Below are positions 9,576-18,292 of a DNA stretch of 64,000 nucleotides, piece after piece (the stretch's first letter is position 1; each line of letters starts with the position of its first letter). The notes below the pieces were generated by a model. The model made no database searches. It was given only the letters and a program-made list of their open reading frames with translations, and had not been told where the DNA came from. The position numbers and the translations under genes were made by a program. Origin of the DNA: an uncultured archaeon (lineage in GTDB: Archaea > Nanobdellota > Nanobdellia > Pacearchaeales > GW2011-AR1); assembly GCA_902385635.1 (NCBI GenBank), contig CABMGN010000008.1, forward strand, positions 130,894 through 194,893, in the 5' to 3' direction.

Positions 9576-10073
9576 TTATCTTTTTCTCCACATAAAAATA
9601 CCAAAACAACCAACTAAGAAAAAGAGCAAACCAAAAAATTGCATAGGCGAAGAACTAGAAACACCAATTGCTGCAGCAGTCATAGATTGATTATACAAAA
9701 AACTTCCAATTGCTCCTCCGAAACCTATAATAGTTAAGGCAATTAGAGGAGAGGATCTTCTAGAAGGCTTATGACCCCCTAAGGAAATACGGTAGTTCTG
9801 GGCCATTCGGACTAAGTCCCATTTTGCTCCAGACTCTCTTAGGGTATCTCCCAAGATTCCAAATTGGTAATCTATATGTGTTCGTAGTTGAGATCTAGCG
9901 TCCGGGTCTCCTTTAGATTCGTGCAATGCTGCGGAATAATGAGTGCCAGCATCAGCAATATACCCTGAAATAGATTTTTCATCCCTCCGCACAAGGGCGC
10001 TCAAAGCAGACCTTACTGCAGCATTTCCAGCTCTTTCTTCTCTAACTGCGGGGATACCATTACCTCTTCTCAT
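9576..10073 (-). CDS. Membrane-anchored protein with C-terminal TM-hairpin module
   Basis: 165 aa. A soluble N-domain is followed by TM1 (LIALTIIGFGGAIGSFLY), loop NQSMTAAAIGVSSSSPMQ, TM2 (FFGLLFFLVGCFGIFMW) and the tail RKR. Two 60-nt lines counted by hand gave 48% GC, clearly above the window norm. Confidence 0.45.
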   Translation of the reverse strand: MRRGNGIPAVREERAGNAAVRSALSALVRRDEKSISGYIADAGTHYSAALHESKGDPDARSQLRTHIDYQFGILGDTLRESGAKWDLVRMAQNYRISLGGHKPSRRSSPLIALTIIGFGGAIGSFLYNQSMTAAAIGVSSSSPMQFFGLLFFLVGCFGIFMWRKR

Positions 10074-10151
10074 AAGAAATGATAAGGTCTCTTATTTATT
10101 AACTTTTCTTAAAACCACAAATTTATTAACCCTCTTTAGGCTTGGATTTCT

Positions 10152-11525
10152 ATGTTTGAAAAACTAAGCCAGTCTCTCAAAAAAGCAACAGATAAGATCA
10201 CAAATGCAATTTTCCTAGATAAAGATCTAGTTGAAGGTATAGTAAAAGATCTTCAAAGATCGCTAATTGAAGCAGATGTAAACATACTATTAGTAAAAAA
10301 ACTAAGTGATAAAATACGTCAGGAAGCCCTAGATGAAAGAGTAAAAGGCATAGACAAGAAAGAACATCTAATAAAACTCCTACATGAAGAACTTGTAAAA
10401 ATTCTAGGTAAGTACAAACCCCTTGAGTTACAAACAGGTCAGAATAGAATAATGCTTCTTGGTTTATACGGAGCAGGAAAAACAACAACAATAGCCAAGT
10501 TAGGTAATTACTTTGCAAAGAGGGGAAAGAAAGTAGCACTAATCGGACTAGATGTCCACAGACCGGCAGCAAAAGAACAGTTAAAACAACTTGCAGAAAA
10601 AAACAAACTAAACTACTTTATTGACGAAAAAGAAACAAATGCACTAAAAACCTGGAAAAGTTTTGAGCCAAAACTTAAAGGTTACGATTTAATCCTAATT
10701 GATACTGCGGGAAGACACACCTTAGATGAAGAGTTAGTTAAGGAGATTAAAACACTTGGCAAAGAAATCAAACCAACAGAAACTATTCTAGTAATGCCGG
10801 CAGATATAGGACAAGCAGCAAAAAAACAAGCATCTGAATTTCAAGATGCACTAAAAATTTCAGGAGTCATTATCACAAGAATGGATTCAACAGCAAAGGG
10901 GGGTGGAGCTCTGACTGCTTGCGCAGAAACAAACGCAGGAGTTTATTTTATAACAACTGGAGAAAAAATAAATGATTTGGAAACATTCAATCCACAAACC
11001 TTCTTATCCCGCCTTCTTGGAATGGGAGATTTAGACGCACTTCTAGAGAAAATAAAGTTAGTAACCGATGAGGGCCAGCAGAAAAAAATGCAAGAGAAGT
11101 TACAGGGGGGAAAACTGACCCTTGAAGATGTTGTTGAACAAGTAAAATCAATGAATAAAATTGGTGGGTTCGGAAAGATAAAATCAATGATTCCGGGTTT
11201 AGGAAATGCAAAGATCTCTGATGAACTACTAGAAGGGCAGCAAGAAAAAATAGCAAAATGGGAGCACATAATCAAGTCAATGACTAAAGAAGAAAGAGAA
11301 AACCCCGACGTCTTTAACAAAACACCCTCAAGAATTTCTCGTGTTGCGGCAGGTGCAGGAGTAAATAATTCAGAAATTAAAGCTCTACTAAAGCAATACA
11401 AAATACTTAATGATATGATAAAAGAAAGTTCAGGATTAGAAATGGATGAATCAGGAACACTCTCACAAAAGCAGATGATGAAACTTGCGAAGAAATTTGG
11501 TAAAGTAAAAAAGATGAGGTTCTAG
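10152..11525 (+). CDS. srp54: Signal recognition particle protein SRP54
   Basis: 457 aa. N domain, then G domain (GLYGAGKTTTIAKLG, DTAGRH, TRMDSTAKGG), then a Met-rich M domain. Confidence 0.92.
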   Translation: MFEKLSQSLKKATDKITNAIFLDKDLVEGIVKDLQRSLIEADVNILLVKKLSDKIRQEALDERVKGIDKKEHLIKLLHEELVKILGKYKPLELQTGQNRIMLLGLYGAGKTTTIAKLGNYFAKRGKKVALIGLDVHRPAAKEQLKQLAEKNKLNYFIDEKETNALKTWKSFEPKLKGYDLILIDTAGRHTLDEELVKEIKTLGKEIKPTETILVMPADIGQAAKKQASEFQDALKISGVIITRMDSTAKGGGALTACAETNAGVYFITTGEKINDLETFNPQTFLSRLLGMGDLDALLEKIKLVTDEGQQKKMQEKLQGGKLTLEDVVEQVKSMNKIGGFGKIKSMIPGLGNAKISDELLEGQQEKIAKWEHIIKSMTKEERENPDVFNKTPSRISRVAAGAGVNNSEIKALLKQYKILNDMIKESSGLEMDESGTLSQKQMMKLAKKFGKVKKMRF

Positions 11526-11527
11526 AA

Positions 11528-12133
11528 ATGAAAAAAGTTATTCTAATCGGTGGGCCACCAACAGTAGGTAAGAGTTATACTGCAAATAAAATTGCCAAAG
11601 AATTAAAACTTTCTTGGATTTCAACAGATACTATCCGGGGACAGATGAGAAAGATTGTAAGAAAAGAGGACTATCCAAAACTATTCTTACATGAAAATGC
11701 AAATTCAAACATGGCTATAGAATTCTTATCAAAGAAATCTCCAAAAGAGATAGTTCAACACCAAAATGATGAAAGTGAAGAAGTATGGGCTGGAGTTAAA
11801 GCACTAATTGAAACAGATTATCCTTGGGACTCATTTATTATAGAAGGCATAGCAATTTTACCTCATTTAATAAAAAATTTAAAAAGTCATAAGGAAGTTA
11901 AAGTGCTCTTTTTAGTTGATGAAAATAAAGAACGAATAAGAAAAACTATTTTTACACGAGGTTTGTGGGATGATGCAGACAAATATCCCGATAGCGTTAA
12001 AGAAAAAGAAGTAGATTGGGTAGTAGAATTTAATAAATATATAAAAGAAGAAGCAAAAAAGTATAATCTCCCCATAGTAGAAATAAAAGATCAAAAAGGA
12101 TATCTAAAAGAAGTTAAAAAATTAATAAAATGA
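11528..12133 (+). CDS. P-loop kinase, 2-phosphoglycerate-kinase-like
   Basis: 201 aa. Walker A ILIGGPPTVGKSY followed by ISTDTIRGQMRK, as in 2-PGK/AAA_33 kinases. Confidence 0.55.
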   Translation: MKKVILIGGPPTVGKSYTANKIAKELKLSWISTDTIRGQMRKIVRKEDYPKLFLHENANSNMAIEFLSKKSPKEIVQHQNDESEEVWAGVKALIETDYPWDSFIIEGIAILPHLIKNLKSHKEVKVLFLVDENKERIRKTIFTRGLWDDADKYPDSVKEKEVDWVVEFNKYIKEEAKKYNLPIVEIKDQKGYLKEVKKLIK

Positions 12134-12747
12134 CTCCAAAAAAGATTCTAGGACGTGGTGCAGAAGCAATAATTTTTCTAGAAAAGGGATTTGTTATAAA
12201 AGACAGAATAAAAAAAGCATATAGAATTCCCGAGCTAGACGATCAGATAAGAAAGCTCAGAACACGTGCAGAAGGAAAAAGTTTAGAAAAAGCAGGGAAA
12301 GTAATCTCAGTTCCAAAAGTTTTCAAAGCAGATGAAAAAGAAAAAAAGCTAACAATAGAGTTTATCAAAGGAAAAAAACTTTCAGACTCACTTGATTCTT
12401 TTTCATTAAAAGAACAAAAAGAGATTTGTAAGAAGATAGGGAATAGTACTGGAAAACTCCATGATTCCGGAATAGTGCACGGAGATCTAACAACAAGTAA
12501 TATGATTCTAAAAAATAAAAAAGTTTACTTCATTGACTTCGGCTTATCATTTAATAGCCCAAAGTATGAAGATCGGGCAGTAGATTTACATCTTTTAAAG
12601 CAAGCGCTAGAAGCCAAACATTTTCAGCACTGGGAAGTTCTGTTCAAAGAAGTAAGTTCAGAGTACAAAAAAGCATCAAAAGAAGCAGAAAAAACACTAG
12701 TGCAGTTTAAGGAAGTTGAAAAACGCGGAAGATACAAAGAGCACTAA
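12130..12747 (+). CDS. bud32: Kae1-associated kinase Bud32 (KEOPS subunit)
   Basis: 205 aa. GRGAEAII, RTRAEGKSLEKA, HGDLTTSNMIL and YFIDFGLS are characteristic of the RIO-like Bud32 mini-kinase. It overlaps the upstream gene by 4 nt. Confidence 0.8.
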   Translation: MTPKKILGRGAEAIIFLEKGFVIKDRIKKAYRIPELDDQIRKLRTRAEGKSLEKAGKVISVPKVFKADEKEKKLTIEFIKGKKLSDSLDSFSLKEQKEICKKIGNSTGKLHDSGIVHGDLTTSNMILKNKKVYFIDFGLSFNSPKYEDRAVDLHLLKQALEAKHFQHWEVLFKEVSSEYKKASKEAEKTLVQFKEVEKRGRYKEH

Positions 12748-13232
12748 TATTTAGAAAAGTTTCCAAACACAACACCTAAATTAGTAAGTAAAACTTTCAA
12801 ATCTTCAGTCTTTACTTTAACTGAATGGGTTCTTAGCCCAATATTAAAAGCACTCATCTGATTATCAAATACGCCCTCATCTACAAATATTTGAATCTCC
12901 TCTTTATGCCCAAATGGAGGTACACTACCAATTTCACAACCAGTTTTTTCAAAAACTTCTTCAGGAGTAGCCATTCTTATTTTACTTTTACTCCAACTTA
13001 AAAATTCCGCAATAATCTTCTGATTAACTTGTCTATCTGCAGGGACATCTGCAATAGCCCACCCATCAGACTGATTGGTAAAAAGAATAGCTTTAACCCC
13101 TTGCTTTAATTCAAATCCGCGTTGTTTAGCAGCATCTTCTGAAGTCAAAACAGGCTCATGTACAAGATATTCAACATTAATTTGATTGTCAGAAAATATT
13201 TGTTTTATCCGTTCTACTTCTTCTATTCCCAT
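12744..13232 (-). CDS. YbaK/ProX-type aminoacyl-tRNA deacylase
   Basis: 162 aa. GVKAILF, TGCEIGSVPPFGH and SAFNIGLRTHSV fit the YbaK/EbsC editing-domain pattern. Confidence 0.65.
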   Translation of the reverse strand: MGIEEVERIKQIFSDNQINVEYLVHEPVLTSEDAAKQRGFELKQGVKAILFTNQSDGWAIADVPADRQVNQKIIAEFLSWSKSKIRMATPEEVFEKTGCEIGSVPPFGHKEEIQIFVDEGVFDNQMSAFNIGLRTHSVKVKTEDLKVLLTNLGVVFGNFSKY

Positions 13233-13237
13233 TTTTA

Positions 13238-13310
13238 TAGCCCCACCCGGATTCGAACCGGGGTCACAGCCTCCAAAGGGCTGTATACTTGACCGCTGTA
13301 CTATGGGGCT
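13238..13310 (-). tRNA. tRNA-Gln (anticodon UUG)
   Basis: The reverse complement folds as a cloverleaf. Acceptor AGCCCCA/TGGGGCT, anticodon stem CAGCC/GGCTG with loop CTTTGGA, T arm CCCGG-TTCGAAT-CCGGG, discriminator A. Confidence 0.9.
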
Positions 13311-13373
13311 CTACGTCTGAAAACTTAGAGTAATTTATAAGGGTTTTGGAGCCCAAAAAGAAGAAAAAAATCT

Positions 13374-14168
13374 TTACTGAAAAACACTTTCATAGAATAT
13401 TTCTCTATTAACATCCTGCAGAGTTGGTGTAAATCTAAACAAACCCTTTAAATCAAAACTCTTACACTTTTCACCAAGTAACGAAGCGGCAAGTTTTCTA
13501 AATTCCCTACTGCCCTCAGAATATGCTTTGTACTCTGTATATGGCTTATACTGAGATAAAGCCCTAAGCATGTTTATATCATGAGGAATAACTGCTAAAA
13601 CAGGAACCCCCGAATTCTTTTCTATCTGTCTCAAAGGAATTTCAAATCTTTTGTTATGAACTTTATTCACAATTAATCCAGCAATAGGTGTATCTCTTTG
13701 TTTAGCAATATTAACTGCTTTGATGGTCATTTCAAGAGTAGGTAAATCTGGGGTCGTAACAACAAGAAGTTCATCAGCAGCAAGAATAACTGCGAGAGTT
13801 TCCTCATTCAGAGAAGGTGAACCATCAATAAGAATAAAATCATAATCATGTTTAATGTAATTAAGTTTATCTCGCAGTTTAAGAGGATTTGTCTTAGATT
13901 TATTGAGTATAGATGCCGGCAAAACATCCAGGCCCCCAATATCAGTAATAGCGTCTCTTATGTTAGCTTCTCCACGTAAAACATGGTGCAAAGTTAGTTC
14001 AGGATGATGAATATTTAAGTGTAAACCAAGATTGGGCGCAGAAAGATTCCCATCAACAAGCAAAACCTTTCTTCCAAGTTCAGAAATAGCACTACCTAAA
14101 GCAACAGAAGTAGAAGTTTTACCAACACCCCCCTTTAAGCTCAAAATTCCTATAGTTTTAGCTACCAT
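13374..14168 (-). CDS. MinD/ParA-family P-loop ATPase
   Basis: 264 aa. Deviant Walker A LKGGVGKTSTSVALG, then LLVDGNL and a DFILIDGSPS switch region. Confidence 0.8.
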   Translation of the reverse strand: MVAKTIGILSLKGGVGKTSTSVALGSAISELGRKVLLVDGNLSAPNLGLHLNIHHPELTLHHVLRGEANIRDAITDIGGLDVLPASILNKSKTNPLKLRDKLNYIKHDYDFILIDGSPSLNEETLAVILAADELLVVTTPDLPTLEMTIKAVNIAKQRDTPIAGLIVNKVHNKRFEIPLRQIEKNSGVPVLAVIPHDINMLRALSQYKPYTEYKAYSEGSREFRKLAASLLGEKCKSFDLKGLFRFTPTLQDVNREIFYESVFQ

Positions 14169-14239
14169 TTTCCCCTTTTTACTAAGATGAAAAGTAGAAA
14201 ATCATTTATAAACATTTCCGAAAGAGCGCCACAGGAAGG

Positions 14240-14247
14240 TTTAAAAA
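14240..14247 (+). promoter_or_regulatory. TATA-box-like element upstream of the S15 gene
   Basis: TTTAAAAA begins 29 nt upstream of the ATG at 14269. Confidence 0.5.
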
Positions 14248-14268
14248 AGTAGGTTACGATTTTTTAAA

Positions 14269-14670
14269 ATGCCTGAAGAAAAAGAAGAAAAAATAACTGA
14301 AGAGAAGCCAACAAAGAAGACTTCTAAGAAACCGACTAAAGCAAAGAAACCAGAAAAGAAGAAGCTTACAGAAGCAGAGTTTGAGAAGAAAGTGCTAGAA
14401 CTAGCAAAAACCGGACTTACTTCAGAAAAGATTGGAGAAAAACTAAGAAAAGAAGGTATACACACAAAAGAGCACGGGATAAAAATCTCTAAAATTCTTA
14501 AAAAAAATAAATTATGGGTGAACCCAGATTTAAAAAACGTTTCTGAAAAACTTGAAAGGATAACTACGCACTACTCAAAAAACAAGCAAGATAAAAGAGC
14601 TATGCGTGAAAAAGATAGGTTTTTTTCACACAAAAGAAAGCTAGGCATCTATTATAGCAAGAAAGAATAA
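14269..14670 (+). CDS. rps15: 30S ribosomal protein S15 (uS15/S13e-type)
   Basis: 133 aa. A Lys-rich N-terminus is followed by LAKTGLTSEKIGEKLRKEGI, NPDLKNVSEKLERITTHYSKNKQDKRA and the C-terminal YYSK typical of archaeal S15. Confidence 0.8.
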   Translation: MPEEKEEKITEEKPTKKTSKKPTKAKKPEKKKLTEAEFEKKVLELAKTGLTSEKIGEKLRKEGIHTKEHGIKISKILKKNKLWVNPDLKNVSEKLERITTHYSKNKQDKRAMREKDRFFSHKRKLGIYYSKKE

Positions 14671-14701
14671 GATCATACTTTTAATTAAAAAGAGGTTTTA
14701 A

Positions 14702-16048
14702 ATGGAAAATTCTTTAGAGTCACAAATAAAAAACATATCCCAGAAGTTCGTTGATCTAATAAAAGAGAGTGGTAAAGAAATTCTGGTAGTAAGCCACTTT
14801 GATACAGATGGGATAAGTTCAGCGGCAATTCTTGTTCAAACACTAAAAAGGCTTGATAAAAAGTTCTCACTTAAAATTCTCAAAGGACTAGAAAAAAACT
14901 TTACAAAAACCCTCCCAGAAGACAGAATAATCTTCTTCCTAGATCTAGGCTCAGGGGTTCTAGACGAGCTTGGCCGAGTCTTTAATGATAATATTTTCGT
15001 AATAGATCATCACGAAGTCCACCAAAAGATTCCAAAAAATGTTCTAATAATAAATACAGAGTTACACGAGAATAAACAAAAAATTTCTGCTTCGGGATTA
15101 ACCTACTTATTTTGTAGAGAAATAAATGAAAAAAACAAAGATCTAGCGAAGTTATCTGTTCTGGGTATGATTGGAGACTTACTAGAGAAAGAGATAGATA
15201 AGCTAAACCACTCTATACTAGAAGATTCTGAAGTAAAAAGAAAAAGAGGGTTGTTAGTGTATCCTGCAACACGGCCGCTAAACATAACATTAGAGTTTTC
15301 ATCAAATCCCTTCATACCTGGAGTAACCGGAGATCAAAAAGGAGTTCTTGAATTACTTAGAGATGCAGAACTAACAACAGAAGACGGAAAGTACAAGTCA
15401 CTCTTAGAGTTAAAAGAAGAGGAAATGGAAAGGTTGGTTACTTCAATAAGCCTAAGGAACCCTTCTATGAAACACGAAGAACTACTCGGAGATATATTCT
15501 TAGTAAAAATGTTTAACAAGTTAGAAGATGCAAGAGAGCTAAGTGCAAAGATAAATGCTTGTTCTAGAATGGGTGAGCCTGAAATAGCACTACAAATGTG
15601 TCTAGAATCAACAAAAGCGAAAAAGCGCGCAGATGCTATACACATAAAGTATAAACAAGAAATCCTATCTGGAATGCGTTTCGTAGCAGAAACACAAAAA
15701 ATTTCTGGGGAGGGATTTGTAATAATAAACGCCCAGGATAATATTAAAGAAACAATAGTTGGCACAATTGCAAGCATTATTTCAAACTCATCGACATACT
15801 CGAGAGGCACAGCTATTTTTACCATGGCTTACGATCAGGAAAATATACAGAAAATAAAAGTTTCGGCTAGAGCTGTTGGAAGAGAAGGCAAAAATGTTAG
15901 ACAGATTCTAAGCAAAGTTATAGACCTTACTGGTGGAGAAGTTGGGGGCCACGAATTTGCAGCAGGTTGTGTTATCTCGAGAGAAAAAGAAAATGAATTT
16001 ATAGACTGCCTAAAAAAGAACTTTGAAATTGAGCTAGTAAAGATTTAA
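14702..16048 (+). CDS. RecJ/Cdc45-like DHH phosphoesterase (GAN-like)
   Basis: 448 aa. SHFDTDGISSAAIL (DHH motif I/II region), VIDHH, and GGHEFAAG in the C-terminal DHHA1 region. It sits directly downstream of S15, a neighbourhood I recall as conserved in archaea. Confidence 0.75.
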   Translation: MENSLESQIKNISQKFVDLIKESGKEILVVSHFDTDGISSAAILVQTLKRLDKKFSLKILKGLEKNFTKTLPEDRIIFFLDLGSGVLDELGRVFNDNIFVIDHHEVHQKIPKNVLIINTELHENKQKISASGLTYLFCREINEKNKDLAKLSVLGMIGDLLEKEIDKLNHSILEDSEVKRKRGLLVYPATRPLNITLEFSSNPFIPGVTGDQKGVLELLRDAELTTEDGKYKSLLELKEEEMERLVTSISLRNPSMKHEELLGDIFLVKMFNKLEDARELSAKINACSRMGEPEIALQMCLESTKAKKRADAIHIKYKQEILSGMRFVAETQKISGEGFVIINAQDNIKETIVGTIASIISNSSTYSRGTAIFTMAYDQENIQKIKVSARAVGREGKNVRQILSKVIDLTGGEVGGHEFAAGCVISREKENEFIDCLKKNFEIELVKI

Positions 16049-16072
16049 AATCCCCTCGTTTCTAGATATTTT

Positions 16073-16771
16073 ATGACACTACAAGAAGGAGATATTGTCT
16101 GGACCACAGTAGATAGAATCATGGGAACAGTAGTTTTCATGAAAATAGACGGAGATGGTGAAGGCACAGTAATAGAAAGCGAAATTGCCCCCGGAAGAGT
16201 AAAAAACATCAGAGATTATGTTGTTCCTAAAAAAAGAGTAGTTTGTAAGGTAATAAGAATAAATGGTGACAGAGTAGATTTATCAATGAGGAGGGTTTCT
16301 GCAAAAGAACAAAAAGAAGCGAAAGAAGACGAGGAAAAAGAAAGAAATTATAAGAGCATTCTAAGAACAATTCTAAAAGAGAAACTACCCGAGACAGTAA
16401 ATAAAATAGAATCAGACAAAAGAAAAGTCTCAGAGTTATTAGAAGAAGCTAAAGCAAACCCAAAAATTCTTGAAAAATATCTAACAAAAGAGGAATCTGC
16501 AAAAATAGTAGAAATACTCGGTAATCAAAAGCAAAAAAAAGCAGAAGTAAAAAAGGAAATAGCTCTAACAACAATAAAACCTAACGGAATTTCTCTAATA
16601 AAAGAAATTTTAAAAGGATTTAATGCCAAATATATTGCAGCAGGAAAGTACCTAATTTCTTCGGAGTCAACAGATCTTAAATCAGCAGATAACCAGTTAA
16701 AGAAAAATCTTGAAGAAATTGAATCAAGATCTAAAAAAAGAGATGTTGAATTTAGTATAAAAGAAAAATGA
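16073..16771 (+). CDS. eif2a: Translation initiation factor aIF-2 alpha subunit (short form)
   Basis: 232 aa. N-terminal S1/OB domain (EGDIVWTTVDRIMGTVVFMKIDG...VDLSMRRVS), a helical middle, and a C-terminal alpha/beta domain (AKYIAAGKYLISSESTDLKSADNQL). It lies in the same operon as Nop10. Confidence 0.6.
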   Translation: MTLQEGDIVWTTVDRIMGTVVFMKIDGDGEGTVIESEIAPGRVKNIRDYVVPKKRVVCKVIRINGDRVDLSMRRVSAKEQKEAKEDEEKERNYKSILRTILKEKLPETVNKIESDKRKVSELLEEAKANPKILEKYLTKEESAKIVEILGNQKQKKAEVKKEIALTTIKPNGISLIKEILKGFNAKYIAAGKYLISSESTDLKSADNQLKKNLEEIESRSKKRDVEFSIKEK

Positions 16772-17694
16772 AAGACCTAGGCAAGAAAGCAGAAGGCATA
16801 AGAAGGTTAAAAGAAAGGGGCCTATTCACTAGGAGGTTATTATTCTTTACAGAACTCCCTTCAGAAGAAGATTTCAAAAAAAGATTAGGGCAAGAGGGTT
16901 TTAAGGACGGCGATCATATAGCAGTAAGATTCTCTTCTCCAAAAGAAGCGATTCATTTACCTAGAAGTGTTTTAATAGAATCTATAGACAGAGCATACAA
17001 GTTTCTAAAAGAAAATATGGGGGAAGATTTAGTTGCAATTATTCATGATTTTATTACTCCCGAGTTTAGCGGAGCAATTTTTATGAAAGGAAAAAAGATT
17101 TATGTTAATCTTCTTCCGGGAGCGTGGGAATCTCTACATGCCAAGAGCTGTGATCAAATTTTATTCGAGGGGAATTCAGCTACAGCGTGGTTTTCTCCAA
17201 ATAAAAAAGAGGCGTTGTTTGTAGACGGAGAAAGATTGATAAAAAAAGAGGTTGAAATCCCTAGAGAAAAGTTCTTAGAACTAATTAGTTTTATTTATGA
17301 TCGAATAAAAAACCTTAATCTAGAGGAAAAAACATTATATGAGTTCATGTTAACTAAAGATAAAGAACTTCAAGTGGTTGAAGCAAAAAGTAAAGACGAT
17401 TTTGATTTCTCAGAATTTGGGGGAAAAGAAGAGGTTCATGAAGTATCAACACCTGGAGATATAGAAAAGTGGAATAATAAACAAGAAATATTACTCTCTG
17501 TTCCTTTAGATAGACATGACGACTTAGTACTTCATCAATTAATAGAGAAAATCAAGCCACACAAAGACAAGGTATATGTTAGATATGGTATCTGCTCACA
17601 CCCCTGCATTGTTCTTAGAGAATTTGGGATAAAAACAATCCCCTATAATGAAGATATCGAAGTTTTAGAGGTAGACTTAAATGATAGTAGTTGA
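16768..17694 (+). CDS. PEP-utilising-enzyme-like protein (PPDK_N-type ATP-grasp plus swivel phosphohistidine-like domain, no TIM-barrel domain)
   Basis: 308 aa. LGKKAEGIRRLKERGL, IAVRFSSPKE and LVAIIHDFITPEFSGAIFM parallel the PEP synthase/PPDK N-terminal nucleotide-binding domain. The C-terminal YGICSHPCIVLREFGIKTIPY parallels the GG.TSHAAIVARELGIP mobile-His motif. Confidence 0.45.
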   Translation: MKDLGKKAEGIRRLKERGLFTRRLLFFTELPSEEDFKKRLGQEGFKDGDHIAVRFSSPKEAIHLPRSVLIESIDRAYKFLKENMGEDLVAIIHDFITPEFSGAIFMKGKKIYVNLLPGAWESLHAKSCDQILFEGNSATAWFSPNKKEALFVDGERLIKKEVEIPREKFLELISFIYDRIKNLNLEEKTLYEFMLTKDKELQVVEAKSKDDFDFSEFGGKEEVHEVSTPGDIEKWNNKQEILLSVPLDRHDDLVLHQLIEKIKPHKDKVYVRYGICSHPCIVLREFGIKTIPYNEDIEVLEVDLNDSS

Positions 17695-18292
17695 TCTAGA
17701 AATGTCTGGTACGGACCCAGAAAAATGTGGAATAGTCGAAATAGGTGCAGTAGAACTGGAAAGCCCTAAAAACATCTTTTCTCAAGAAGCTAAACTAGAA
17801 AAAGAAGAAATAATATACAATGATCCAACCTGTCAAAAAACCGTGCTAGAAGTATTAAATAAAACAGAAGAAGAACTAAGAAAACCCAAAAGACAAACAC
17901 AAAAAGAATTGTTGGTAAATTTCTTTGAATGGATAAGTAAAACCCCGGATAAAGTATTCGTCTGTCAGAACTATTTGGACATCTTATTTATAAGGCTTAA
18001 GTGCAAGAAGTACTCTCTAGCTCCCCCGCCAGTGATGTTCATAGACATAGGTTCGGTGGCTCAGACAAAGTATTACGCCCTCTATAAAAAGCCTCTAATA
18101 AATGCTGAAGGGTTTAATGATATGACTTTAAAGAAGGTTTCAGAATTTTGTGGGATGTTAGATGAAAGGAAAAGTCACACGGCCTTAGAAGATGTTAAGT
18201 TTGAAGCAGAATTAATATCAAGATTATTAAATGGAAAAAATCTGTTTAAAGAGTATAAACAGTTTAAAATTCCCCCACACCTTTTGAAATGA
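17681..18292 (+). CDS. DEDDh 3'-5' exonuclease (DnaQ/RNase T-like)
   Basis: 203 aa. ExoI VVDLEMSG, ExoII-like CQNYLDILFI, ExoIII HTALEDVKFEAEL. It overlaps the upstream gene by 14 nt. Confidence 0.7.
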   Translation: MIVVDLEMSGTDPEKCGIVEIGAVELESPKNIFSQEAKLEKEEIIYNDPTCQKTVLEVLNKTEEELRKPKRQTQKELLVNFFEWISKTPDKVFVCQNYLDILFIRLKCKKYSLAPPPVMFIDIGSVAQTKYYALYKKPLINAEGFNDMTLKKVSEFCGMLDERKSHTALEDVKFEAELISRLLNGKNLFKEYKQFKIPPHLLK

